A DNA stretch of 61,734 nucleotides from a virus: the IMG/VR virus record IMGVR_UViG_3300037458_000572; one strand, written 5' to 3'. Below are positions 36,701-43,169 of this stretch, one piece after another. The position numbers and the translations under genes were made by a program. How positions within the stretch are numbered: position 1 is the stretch's first letter; each line of letters starts with the position of its first letter. The notes under the pieces were generated by a model. That model searched no databases, was not told the origin of the DNA, and saw only the letters and a list, made by a program, of their open reading frames with translations.

Positions 36701-39700
36701 AGGGCGACTTGGATATTTTTTCGTACTCGGCAAGGTCGGCTTGCTCTTTTTTGATATGTTCTTTTAACTCGGCTGGGCGCTTGAAAATACCGTCGATGCT
36801 GTTCTCAAGCGAACTCATCAGCCCGCCGATCGTGTTGACCGATCGCTTAATCAGGAAGTCATCGCCTTTGCGGCCGAAACCTACTGCGATGTCGGGTGCG
36901 TCTCTTAGATTCCACTTTTCTTCTTTTTTATTGTTCCACGCATCCCAATCGACACCGTAATCAGGCCGGACACCGACCTGCACGCGCTGGCCGTGCGCCG
37001 TGAACTGAATATGCGCCGGAGTTACGTTGTTGACATACTCTTTCCATTCTTTCTTACCAATTAACTGCTTCGGGTGCTTGGCGTTCTCGGCCGCCACGAA
37101 TGCCGCCAGGGCTTCGTTGACATCCTTGCGCTCGGCCGGCTTGCCGTTCAGGGTGAACTCTTTGAGTTTGCCGCCGGGTACAGTCTTTTCGAGCTCGGCG
37201 GCGGTCTTTTCGGCGTCTTCTAACGTCTTTTCGGTTTCCTCGATCCGCGCCTGGGTCCTTTCGGTATTACGCCGGGCCATGGAGACTTCATGCTCCCAGC
37301 GCAGCTTCGCCCGCCGCAGCTTCTTGGCCTTCAACTCGACGTCGGTTTTTTCGAATACCAGCGGATTGCCGGAAAAAGCCGCCATCATTTCGGCGAGACT
37401 CGCCTGTTCTTCGGATAGCGGGTCGTCGAACTCGCGGCTCTCGATGTCTCCGACCAGCATCTGGTCGATGAACCGCTGCTTTTTGGTGAGCCGGTCGTAC
37501 ATCACCGAATCAAGCGTCGCGCGAACACCGTAGTTAAAGATCCGCACCTTGGGGTTGGTGTTTCCCTCGCGCACGATCCGTCCGTTCCTCTGCTCGATGT
37601 CCATCGGCCGCGGCGGAACGTCGACGTGGTGGGCCGCGATCAAAAGATCCTGCATGTTGACGCCGACCCCAAGCTTCTGAGAACTGCCGATGATCACCCG
37701 CACCGCTCCGGAGCGCACCCGGTCGAACAGCGCCTCGCGCGCGGAGTCTCCTTTCGCGTCCGTCACCAGCGCCACTTCGGATTTCGGGATGCCCTTGTCG
37801 ATCAGCTTCTGCCGCAGGTCTTCGTGCGAATTGAAAGTCTTGGTGCTGTCGTTCTGGCTGTCCAGGAAAACCACCTGCGTCGATCGGTTTCCGGAGGTTC
37901 CCTGCCAGATCTCATGGACCTTTTCGACCACCTTGTTGAGCTTGCTGTCCGGGTGGTCCTCGTAGGAGGCAGATACCAGGCGCATGTCGACCGCAGCCTT
38001 CTTGGCCAGTCCGAACAGCACTACAGGTACGTGGCGGCTTTCCCTCTTTTCCTTGCCGGTCAGATGGTCCCATGCTTCGCGCGCGGCTCTAAGCTCGTCG
38101 ATGAACCGGTTCAGGGAGGGCGTGCGTTCCACGGTCACGAACTCGGGCTTGCCGCCGGCCACGTCCGGAAGCCGCAGGCCGGCGTCCCGGGTAAGCTGCA
38201 CGTCGGCCGCCGTGCGCCACATGGTCAATAGCTCGGTCCCGTTCACGTACTTGTTGAACCGTTCGACCTCTCGATAGGTGCCGGTCTCGGTCTCTTCGAG
38301 GGCGGTCTGCGTCTGCCCGAACGTGGCCGCGAAATCGTCGAACAGGTCTACCCCGTAATCCTCCAGCAGGTCCGGGCGCACGTAGCGGATGATCGTCCAC
38401 AGCTCGGCCGTCGTGTTGCTGATCGGGGTCCCGGTCGCCAGGATTACGTTCTTCCCGCCGGTCTTCTCCTGCACGTAGCGGGACTTCATCAGCAGCGACG
38501 TCGACCGCTGGGAGGCCCCCTGGTCGATCCCTTTCACGCGCTGCATCTTGGTGAAGAATTCGCTGCGCTTATAAGCATGCGCCTCGTCCACCAGAAGGGC
38601 ATCGATCCCCATCTTCTCGAAGTTGAGCGCCTTGTCCTTGCGGCGGTTGAGCGCCTTCTCGATCCGGTCCTCTTTGCGCTTTTTCAACGCTTCCAGGTCT
38701 TTGACGGTGAAACTCTTCTTGCCCTCTTCCGCTTCCGCGTCAGTGATCGCCTCCTCGATCATTTTAATTTGTTCGCGGATGAACCCGATCTCGCGGTCCA
38801 CGTCGTCGGCGATCGCATCGAAAAAGCTGTGCGGCACCACCACGGCGTCCCAATCTCCGGTTGCGATCTGCGACAGCAGCCGCTGCCGGTAGCGCGCCGC
38901 GCGCTGCTTCTCGTCCGGGATCAGCACACGTGCGCCGGGGTACAGCTGGTTGAACGCCTTGCGGTACTGGCCGATCGTGCTGTTCTGCACCACGATCATG
39001 GGCTTCTTGGCGGTTCCCACCCGCCGCATCTCCATGGCGAGCGATATGAAGGAATAGGTCTTTCCGGTGCCGACCCCGTATGCGAAGATGGTCGACTCGC
39101 GCAGGCCTCGCGCCACGAACCGTTTTTGCAGCGGCCGCAGCTTGATGTGCGGATTGGCGCCCGGGAAGTGCTCGATCTTTGGCGTTTCGGTTTTGCGGAG
39201 GACGTGCCCGTTCTTTTCCTCGTTGTAGACCTCGGCGAGCTTGTCCTTCCACTTTTCGCTCGCGCGCGCCCAGCGCAGGAATTCCTCCTGGATTTCCTCC
39301 TGCTTGGCCTGGGCCGCTTCGGTCGCTTCGTCGTCGCGGGCGGTCCTTTTGCTACCGTTTTCGTCCTCGTAGGTGTAGGTGATGACCGGCCGCTTCATGT
39401 TCAAAGCGGACAACACAAGATCATCTCCACCGCGCCCGCCGGCGCCCCAGGTTTCGTTGTTCAAGGCTGTGGCGTAACCGTCCTCGACCGCCAGATGCCA
39501 GCTGCTTTGCTCTGAATTTTTGCTGTAGGTCGCTGTCGCCGTGACCCCCATGGTCTCTTTCAGGAAGTCGGATATCGCCTCGCCCGGTATCCAGGGGGTG
39601 CCCAGGCGGAAGTGGATGAACTCGATGTCGACCGGATCCGGCTGCACGGCGGAAAGCGCTTTCACGTTGCTGGCGTACTCCGGGTTGTCCTCTGCCGCGG

Positions 39701-42344
39701 CCTCGGCCGCTTTGAGCTTCTTCTTGACGTTGCCGGATAGATAAAGGTCCGGTGCCTCTAAAAGACCGGTCTCCGGGTTGATGAAGGCCATGCCTTTTTC
39801 GACCAGCTCGGCTTTTACCTCCTCCTCGCTCCGCGCCGTCAGCTTGGCGATATATCCGGTGTCCAGCCCGGCCCGGTAGACCTCGGAGAGGGTCGCCGCC
39901 TCCTCGATGCTGCCGGCCGTCTCCGGCTCGACGAACGGGTAAATCGTGCGCTTGGTAAAAACGTCGGCCTTGGTGAAAGTCTTTACCCGGCGGTTTACCG
40001 GCTGGCCCTTGTTCGGCCCGCTCTTGACCGTATCGGCCACGATGGAGACCTCTTCGTTCTCCAGCGCGTCCACGATCGGAAATTCAAGGTCGATCCGTTT
40101 CAGGAACGAGTTGCCCGGTTCGCCCACGTTGCCGTACTTCTTAACGAAGTCGTCATAGGCCCGGTTCAGCTCGGCGCGCAGGGCGTCCAGCTCGGCATCG
40201 GTCGCATCGGTCGTATTGCTGCGATCGATCAGCCGCTTGTGGATGTCTTTGATTTTAAGGTACTGCCGAGCGCGGGCCTTGCGGGCGGGGGAGGATAACG
40301 CCAGGGACTCCTTGCCCTTGTCGTTGATCAGTGTCGGGGCAACGAGCTTGCCCTCCGAAACCATGTAAACTTCGCCGTCGCGCTCGACCAGGGCGCCGTC
40401 GATGTCCTTCATCGTGGCGTACTTGACTTCGGTCTCAACCGCGGCCGCCGCGTTGCCCTCGCTCATGATGTTTTCGGGGAGGGCCTCGATCGCCCGGGCG
40501 ATCTGAGCGTTCAGGTCCGCGCCGGTCGGCTCCACCGTGTACTCGTCCGCCCCGCGCATGCTGCCGGTCATGGCGTGCTTGCCCATCACCATTTCGGGGT
40601 GTTTGACGAAATACTCGTTGATGAAGGCCGGCGGCTTGCCAGGCGCCACCTCCACCTGCTCGGCAACCCGAAAATCCTGGTTGAGCCCGTAGCTCGTCGC
40701 GTCTTTTTTTCTGAAAACCAGTATATCAGTCACGACCTCGGTGCCGGCGTTCTTTTTAAACGCCGTGTACGGCAGCCGGATCCCGCCCACGAAGTCGGCC
40801 TTCTTGGCGAGCGCCGCGCGGGTCTCGCCGTTCGTCACGGCGTCCATGGTGAAATGGCTCGTGATCGCCACCACCAGACCACCCGGCCGCACGGCGTCGA
40901 TCGACCGGCCGAAAAAATAGTTGTGGATGCTCCATTTGCCGTACTGCGGTCGCTTGGGGTCGAACACGGAGAACTTGCCGAAGGGGAAATTCGAAATCAC
41001 CAGGTCTTGGCTGTTGTCGGGGATCCCGCGCGCCTTCTCGAAGCCCATCACCTGCACGCGCGCCTGTGGGTATAACTTGGTCAGGATCTGGCCGGTGATG
41101 GAGTCAAGCTCGACCGCGTTGATCCGGCTGGCGCCGGCCAGGTCCTGGGGCATCAAGCCGATGAAATGCCCGGCGCCGGCGGCGGGCTCGGTCACGGCGC
41201 CGCCCTTGAACCCCAGCCGGCGGACGAGCGACCACATGCGGTCTATAACGTCCCGGTCGGTGTAGTGGGCGTTTAGCGTGCTGGCCTTGGCCGCTTCCCA
41301 TTCCTCCTCGGTCAGCGCGCCGCCCAGCTTCGGGTGCAGCTTGCGGCCGTACTTGCGCTCCCAATTCTGGTACTTTTCGAGGGTGCTGCCGTAGAGGATG
41401 CGGTCGGCGGCCATGCCGCGATCGATGATGCGGTCCAGCGCCTTGGTGTACTCGTCGTTGAAGATTTTCTGCGCGAAGGCGCCCCAGCCCGTATATTGGG
41501 CCAGCACCTTCTTTTCTTCGGGGGATGGGTTGCGGTTTTCTGCGGTGAGGCGCTTGACAAGCTCGATGGCCCGGATGTTGGCCTTGATCTTGCCTTCGTC
41601 GCCGGGCGGTACGATCTCGTCGCCCGGCTCGATGACGTGGTTGCGGTTCTCTGGGGCTAACTCAGCAGACCGCTTAGAATCTTCTCGCGCTCTTCGTCCG
41701 GCAGCGGCTTCGGGGGATTCGAGGATAGCGCCGGTCCGTCCGCCGGCGCCACGATCCGGCCGAACACCTTTTCCTCGGCCAGGTCGCGGGCCTCCCCCTT
41801 CAGTCTCAGCCGCTGCAGCTCCAGGCTCGCCAGTTGCAGGTTGCTCACCAGCTCCGCCTTCAGCTTGCCCGGGCTCTCCCGGAACAGCTTCGCCACGCGC
41901 TGGGGCTGGTTGTCCAGCAGCCAAACCAGCCGTGCCTCGAACATCGGGTCGCTCTCCGGGTTCTCGATCTGCAGGCTCGACGGTTCGAGCCCGTCCAGTT
42001 CCTTCAGGCTCAACGCTCTCATCTTCCACCTCCTGGGTGGGGGCCTGTGCCTCACCTTCAATTATAGTCTGTTTTGGTGCGTTTTCAAGTGTTTTTTCTG
42101 CCTCTTGTGGGAGCGGCGTCCCCGCCGCGATTTTTTCATCAACCTCGCCGCCTGCCTCTTTCACTTGCCGGAGGATGTCCGCCCGTTCCTCTTCCAACTC
42201 CCTGATATAGTCCTTGACCGCGTTCACGGCTGCGGCGTGCGCCTCGTACCCGTCACGCTGGTAGTCCGCCGCCATGGCCCGCAGGATGGTCTCTTCGTGC
42301 TTTCCGGCCCCGATCCGCTTCAAGCATACCGATAGGCTGCTCAT
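30714..42344 (-). CDS. giant polyvalent protein (N6-adenine MTase + SNF2/DEAD-type helicase + HExxH zincin + intein-bearing C-terminal domain), DarB-like
   Basis: Uninterrupted 3,876-codon ORF whose start forms an ATGA overlap with the upstream gene. The domain motifs are listed as separate features. Confidence 0.85.
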   Translation of the reverse strand: MSSLSVCLKRIGAGKHEETILRAMAADYQRDGYEAHAAAVNAVKDYIRELEEERADILRQVKEAGGEVDEKIAAGTPLPQEAEKTLENAPKQTIIEGEAQAPTQEVEDESVEPEGTGRARTVEPADREPGERPDVRGTAGLAAGQPAPARGEAVPGEPGQAEGGAGEQPATGEPGAAAAETEGGGPRPGRGKGVRPDRGAGGRTGAILESPEAAAGRRAREDSKRSAELAPENRNHVIEPGDEIVPPGDEGKIKANIRAIELVKRLTAENRNPSPEEKKVLAQYTGWGAFAQKIFNDEYTKALDRIIDRGMAADRILYGSTLEKYQNWERKYGRKLHPKLGGALTEEEWEAAKASTLNAHYTDRDVIDRMWSLVRRLGFKGGAVTEPAAGAGHFIGLMPQDLAGASRINAVELDSITGQILTKLYPQARVQVMGFEKARGIPDNSQDLVISNFPFGKFSVFDPKRPQYGKWSIHNYFFGRSIDAVRPGGLVVAITSHFTMDAVTNGETRAALAKKADFVGGIRLPYTAFKKNAGTEVVTDILVFRKKDATSYGLNQDFRVAEQVEVAPGKPPAFINEYFVKHPEMVMGKHAMTGSMRGADEYTVEPTGADLNAQIARAIEALPENIMSEGNAAAAVETEVKYATMKDIDGALVERDGEVYMVSEGKLVAPTLINDKGKESLALSSPARKARARQYLKIKDIHKRLIDRSNTTDATDAELDALRAELNRAYDDFVKKYGNVGEPGNSFLKRIDLEFPIVDALENEEVSIVADTVKSGPNKGQPVNRRVKTFTKADVFTKRTIYPFVEPETAGSIEEAATLSEVYRAGLDTGYIAKLTARSEEEVKAELVEKGMAFINPETGLLEAPDLYLSGNVKKKLKAAEAAAEDNPEYASNVKALSAVQPDPVDIEFIHFRLGTPWIPGEAISDFLKETMGVTATATYSKNSEQSSWHLAVEDGYATALNNETWGAGGRGGDDLVLSALNMKRPVITYTYEDENGSKRTARDDEATEAAQAKQEEIQEEFLRWARASEKWKDKLAEVYNEEKNGHVLRKTETPKIEHFPGANPHIKLRPLQKRFVARGLRESTIFAYGVGTGKTYSFISLAMEMRRVGTAKKPMIVVQNSTIGQYRKAFNQLYPGARVLIPDEKQRAARYRQRLLSQIATGDWDAVVVPHSFFDAIADDVDREIGFIREQIKMIEEAITDAEAEEGKKSFTVKDLEALKKRKEDRIEKALNRRKDKALNFEKMGIDALLVDEAHAYKRSEFFTKMQRVKGIDQGASQRSTSLLMKSRYVQEKTGGKNVILATGTPISNTTAELWTIIRYVRPDLLEDYGVDLFDDFAATFGQTQTALEETETGTYREVERFNKYVNGTELLTMWRTAADVQLTRDAGLRLPDVAGGKPEFVTVERTPSLNRFIDELRAAREAWDHLTGKEKRESRHVPVVLFGLAKKAAVDMRLVSASYEDHPDSKLNKVVEKVHEIWQGTSGNRSTQVVFLDSQNDSTKTFNSHEDLRQKLIDKGIPKSEVALVTDAKGDSAREALFDRVRSGAVRVIIGSSQKLGVGVNMQDLLIAAHHVDVPPRPMDIEQRNGRIVREGNTNPKVRIFNYGVRATLDSVMYDRLTKKQRFIDQMLVGDIESREFDDPLSEEQASLAEMMAAFSGNPLVFEKTDVELKAKKLRRAKLRWEHEVSMARRNTERTQARIEETEKTLEDAEKTAAELEKTVPGGKLKEFTLNGKPAERKDVNEALAAFVAAENAKHPKQLIGKKEWKEYVNNVTPAHIQFTAHGQRVQVGVRPDYGVDWDAWNNKKEEKWNLRDAPDIAVGFGRKGDDFLIKRSVNTIGGLMSSLENSIDGIFKRPAELKEHIKKEQADLAEYEKISKSPFKQTDELAATEQRLAEIERELQALPSLVNRAVADEGNAIRNLLNFANIEREADEEGGSAKAEVGIEGGADATAEEAPTPKAEFYIFTNQGFKPVPHARPAKIVTWAETFTHNIPGEEFSWTVSEATTGLAIESRAGTRKQVIEAAKEKLERTGESEFKKLVAAAEKVPEDLRAVAKQHFELAKPAGKIAGVDIPLEDEYRAAVQDAIKESPPKPNEAALAGDTDRGGELYSLAGREASEFEKFQRVMAADPIRIETPPISKETAEQAYRAIKSVVNRHDGRKISFVMETFDKIAGHKNREVILRAVPQLDSITESAVPIYPELERKPHLRTNVLQYHNYLNRIELDGENYFARLTVREIKDARNELHNVFISDIQITRTGEGDDISALSSTASNFPESGSDKMLNQWLGKVKAEATKYDLRPQAARRVDLRDVPLEMLRKHYRGQSVERDEKSGGIWIRTQGGRSAYVHVVDHISADSAAVEMYYGRKPDPNVKVTARGSYLTGRGEMKLVRDAGTNEYTIAHEGEHWLEDSGIITKNEVLAMRSKIRFDANNGKWTPVNKQDIGGPEDRAHWLARELLNRKEHRGTLRGMLDLVRDIIDSVVSLFSVTARGVVRKVESGKIYERSGEGRLGIEQNQLFEGEKGIAARTPLPQGQEYDIVDDVLPAGVADRYRDAQGAGKPKLLAVIREKAKMTAATFTPGRMFPKMPNRYFGRENVLLREFMEAGDYGRARAIMELKDILDPKNLKAEDYKLFGLKLVLDDMQKDMEPGGVLEDWQDMVASQGEIAFGFQSKDEVDDALARVDAALARQPAAAAAIARRQQAIGDLRKQLVKEKMLPEQVLNDERYFHHQVLEYANAKRFAGVDQKAGEVRVRKAGWQYARTGSIKDYNTKYLESEFEVLAQGFERLARKQVLDEIGEHANILSELKSKAKRDNLSNYYEVKAAQLRQLMPEITAADMRQPQNDPLLPYRQKIAMGLGQISKLAERGRLDPGPFENVVEALAERDASDTVGFDPDGSLFRYLGWLANTDGEGAAQARMIFKAIGDRNREIKETLGRRLKTWRDVMKERAPRAGSTGWAEWVPRPGTAWYMTNSINDQILGEVLAGNRQLEASDVRPVLARGADVRWVIPAELAEVMDGADFQRSPKDNVVSQAAEATMNMWKRWILINPLRVIKYNLNNTSGDLDITLAYDPRILRYAGRAIKDLWAYHYNKNMTPELKEEFRTALKHGVIGGITAHDIPDIGKMADFRQLERAMGARDNVAIDLIQRFWHGSKNFTQFRENVLRLAAFRYFKERVAAGERVYGASLPNKVNAIDDTEIDRKAGLLARELIGDYGGLSKGGRWLRRKLIPFYSWCVPDHTEILTRRGWKHHTELVIGEEVLTYNMKERTTEWQPAQDKAVFPFDGDLVTIQNAWGFKYQFTEDHRVVVIEKYKDQRKFIFAKDLKTHQHIPTVAPHEFVGQSVLSVTDAALLGWLVTDGYFRVRKHSPKSFEAMLYQKKEADVENIRRDFSDYISTEAVHRGTGVICFRLKSEKLKAIRAVFKSKDDLPGIVTRLGLNECQAMYDAMLAAEGTSVNSLVAFPQNAGPVLDAFQILCYMLGKAGHIRPKNCGEGKDKCYSLYVKKRDKIQLNKWENTREHYTGTVWCPKTANGTWVMRQNGQVMITGNSEINAPRYWRLMRNISIEGEPAGRRVALLGAVAGKKAAFLGAKAFMLYGAIALWNALVFPDEEEELGEEGRRQMHLILGRRADGSIMTLRLQGALSDALSWFNLHDFPEDMRDLVNGKQTVYQWLGQSAREPVNKMLQGIRPDIKGFGELIGGKTIYPDFARPRPIRDRGEYVARMLSLEGFYRRAAGRPMKEGTVAGQVWEDVLRTFSYSANPGETAYYGAREMVGRFLEDRNIERPFHEPTDRSNALYWYKTAIKYGDAKAAERYLNKYKDLGGTMKGLKISVDRAHPLAALPNKYRTKFLNELSQEDRETVKRASRWYKETFKR
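31698..32636 (-). mobile_element. intein with LAGLIDADG homing endonuclease, in frame within the giant ORF
   Basis: 313 aa. It starts with Cys (FYSW/CVPDHTEIL). Block B is TEDH. LAGLIDADG-like motifs are LLGWLVTDGYF and MYDAMLAAEGT. It ends VMITGN/SEIN, with +1 Ser. The region is visibly lower in GC than its flanks. Confidence 0.85.
34745..34770 (-). repeat. 25-nt GC hairpin motif, copy 2 (in frame, encodes IAARTPLPQ)
   Basis: The plus strand reads gtgggagcggcgtcctcgccgcgatt, inside the giant ORF. Confidence 0.85.
35121..35135 (-). other. HExxH (HEGEH) zincin-type metallopeptidase motif within the giant ORF
   Basis: TIAHEGEHWLED read in the translation. The fold has not been verified. Confidence 0.5.
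37540..39140 (-). other. SNF2/DEAD-like helicase core within the giant ORF (approximate bounds)
   Basis: Walker A GTGKT (39056-39070), DEAH (38577-38588), ATGTPISN, and motif VI QRNGRIVREGN (37560-37592). Confidence 0.85.
40690..41290 (-). other. N6-adenine DNA methyltransferase domain within the giant ORF (approximate bounds)
   Basis: Motif I VTEPAAGAGHFIG (41156-41195) and motif IV-like ISNFPFGK (40973-40993). An upstream QYTGWGA segment is typical of MTase-helicase fusions. Confidence 0.8.
41657..42022 (-). CDS. nested out-of-frame gene inside the N-terminal linker of the giant ORF
   Basis: 121 aa (MRALSLKELDGLEPSS...EKILSGLLS). The SD AGGAGGTGG ends 5 nt upstream of the ATG. Third codon positions are strongly G/C in this frame, but A/T-rich in the giant-ORF frame over the same span. 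Confidence 0.6.
   Translation of the reverse strand: MRALSLKELDGLEPSSLQIENPESDPMFEARLVWLLDNQPQRVAKLFRESPGKLKAELVSNLQLASLELQRLRLKGEARDLAEEKVFGRIVAPADGPALSSNPPKPLPDEEREKILSGLLS
42061..42088 (-). promoter_or_regulatory. sigma70-like promoter upstream of the nested gene
   Basis: Minus strand: TTGAAA (42088-42083), 16-nt spacer, TATAAT (42066-42061). It sits about 35-40 nt upstream of the nested-gene ATG and inside the giant-ORF coding sequence. Confidence 0.55.
42107..42132 (-). repeat. 25-nt GC hairpin motif, copy 3 (in frame, encodes IAAGTPLPQ)
   Basis: The plus strand reads gtgggagcggcgtccccgccgcgatt, immediately upstream of the internal promoter. Confidence 0.85.
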
Positions 42345-42565
42345 CTCTCTCCTTCGATTACCGCCACGAACAGCGGAATCAGATCAACTATCTCTTCATC
42401 TTCATCCGCCGCGAGCCACACCTTGCGGTCGACCGGCTCGTAATCGTAATCCCAATAACCTCCGCCGCCGACCCTGGCGGGATATTCGACTTCAACGAGC
42501 GCCGTCATCGGCGGAAAATACGCCGGGGCGAAGTAGGCCCCGGCGAAGTAGTTGCGCGCGAACAT
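42341..42565 (-). CDS. small YF-repeat protein
   Basis: 74 aa counted from the internal ATG (MFARNYFAGAYFAPAYFPP). Start/stop overlaps couple it to both neighbouring genes. Confidence 0.5.
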   Translation of the reverse strand: MFARNYFAGAYFAPAYFPPMTALVEVEYPARVGGGGYWDYDYEPVDRKVWLAADEDEEIVDLIPLFVAVIEGER

Positions 42566-43161
42566 CAGTCGGCATCCAGCACGACCGCCGAACGGTTGCC
42601 GTACTGATCTGTGGTGGCGTCGATCCTGTTTTTGGTGTCCGCGAGGTTTCGAAACTTGGGGTTGGTCCCTTCGGCTCCCGATAGCTTGCCGAACAAAGCG
42701 GAAGCTATTAGCCTCATCATCTCCCTGGGAGAATACCCCTCGATGTCGGGATCGTCCCAAACGTCGTCCGCCGAGATCCCCGCGCCGCCTTCCGAACTGA
42801 ACGAAATCGCCTGGACCGGCTGCTGGTAATTGATCCGCACCACGTAGTCTCCGGTCGTGCTGTTGAATGGATCCCCGCCGCCGTCTACCAAAAGGATTCC
42901 GTCGGTGACATTTAATGTGTGATCAGCCTCCTGGGGCTTGATGCGCCAGCCGTTGAGCAGAAACGCATAGATCGGGATCTTGGTGCCGGCGCCCGGGTCG
43001 ATGTCGTCGCCGCCGACAACCAGGAAGGCCGGCAGATATTTCGAATTGTCGGACAGTGCAATCCAATCGACCCACCGGCTCCAGGCGTCCCGCACCGACA
43101 TCGTGGTTGTACCGGCCGTCAAGGTAATGACCTTGCTGGCCCCGTCGAAGCTATATCCCAC
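42565..43161 (-). CDS. virion structural protein (tail-fibre-associated, by position)
   Basis: 198-aa ORF directly downstream of the fibre-like genes. Confidence 0.6.
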   Translation of the reverse strand: MGYSFDGASKVITLTAGTTTMSVRDAWSRWVDWIALSDNSKYLPAFLVVGGDDIDPGAGTKIPIYAFLLNGWRIKPQEADHTLNVTDGILLVDGGGDPFNSTTGDYVVRINYQQPVQAISFSSEGGAGISADDVWDDPDIEGYSPREMMRLIASALFGKLSGAEGTNPKFRNLADTKNRIDATTDQYGNRSAVVLDAD

Positions 43162-43169
43162 GTCTCCCC

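Noticed and set aside
38577-39515. Long plus-strand ORFs antisense to the late operon (38577..39515, 47089..48105, 53269..54183, 9968..10765, 41398..42210, 30978..31979).
   Set aside because: No start-site signals are present and the sequences are low in complexity. All are fully contained within strongly supported minus-strand genes.
41650-41670. Programmed ribosomal frameshift joining the nested ORF to the MTase frame.
   Set aside because: Moving from the nested frame to the giant frame needs a -1 shift, but no X XXY YYZ slippery heptamer precedes the TAG (...GGT CTG CTG AGT TAG). A +1 shift lands in the third frame.
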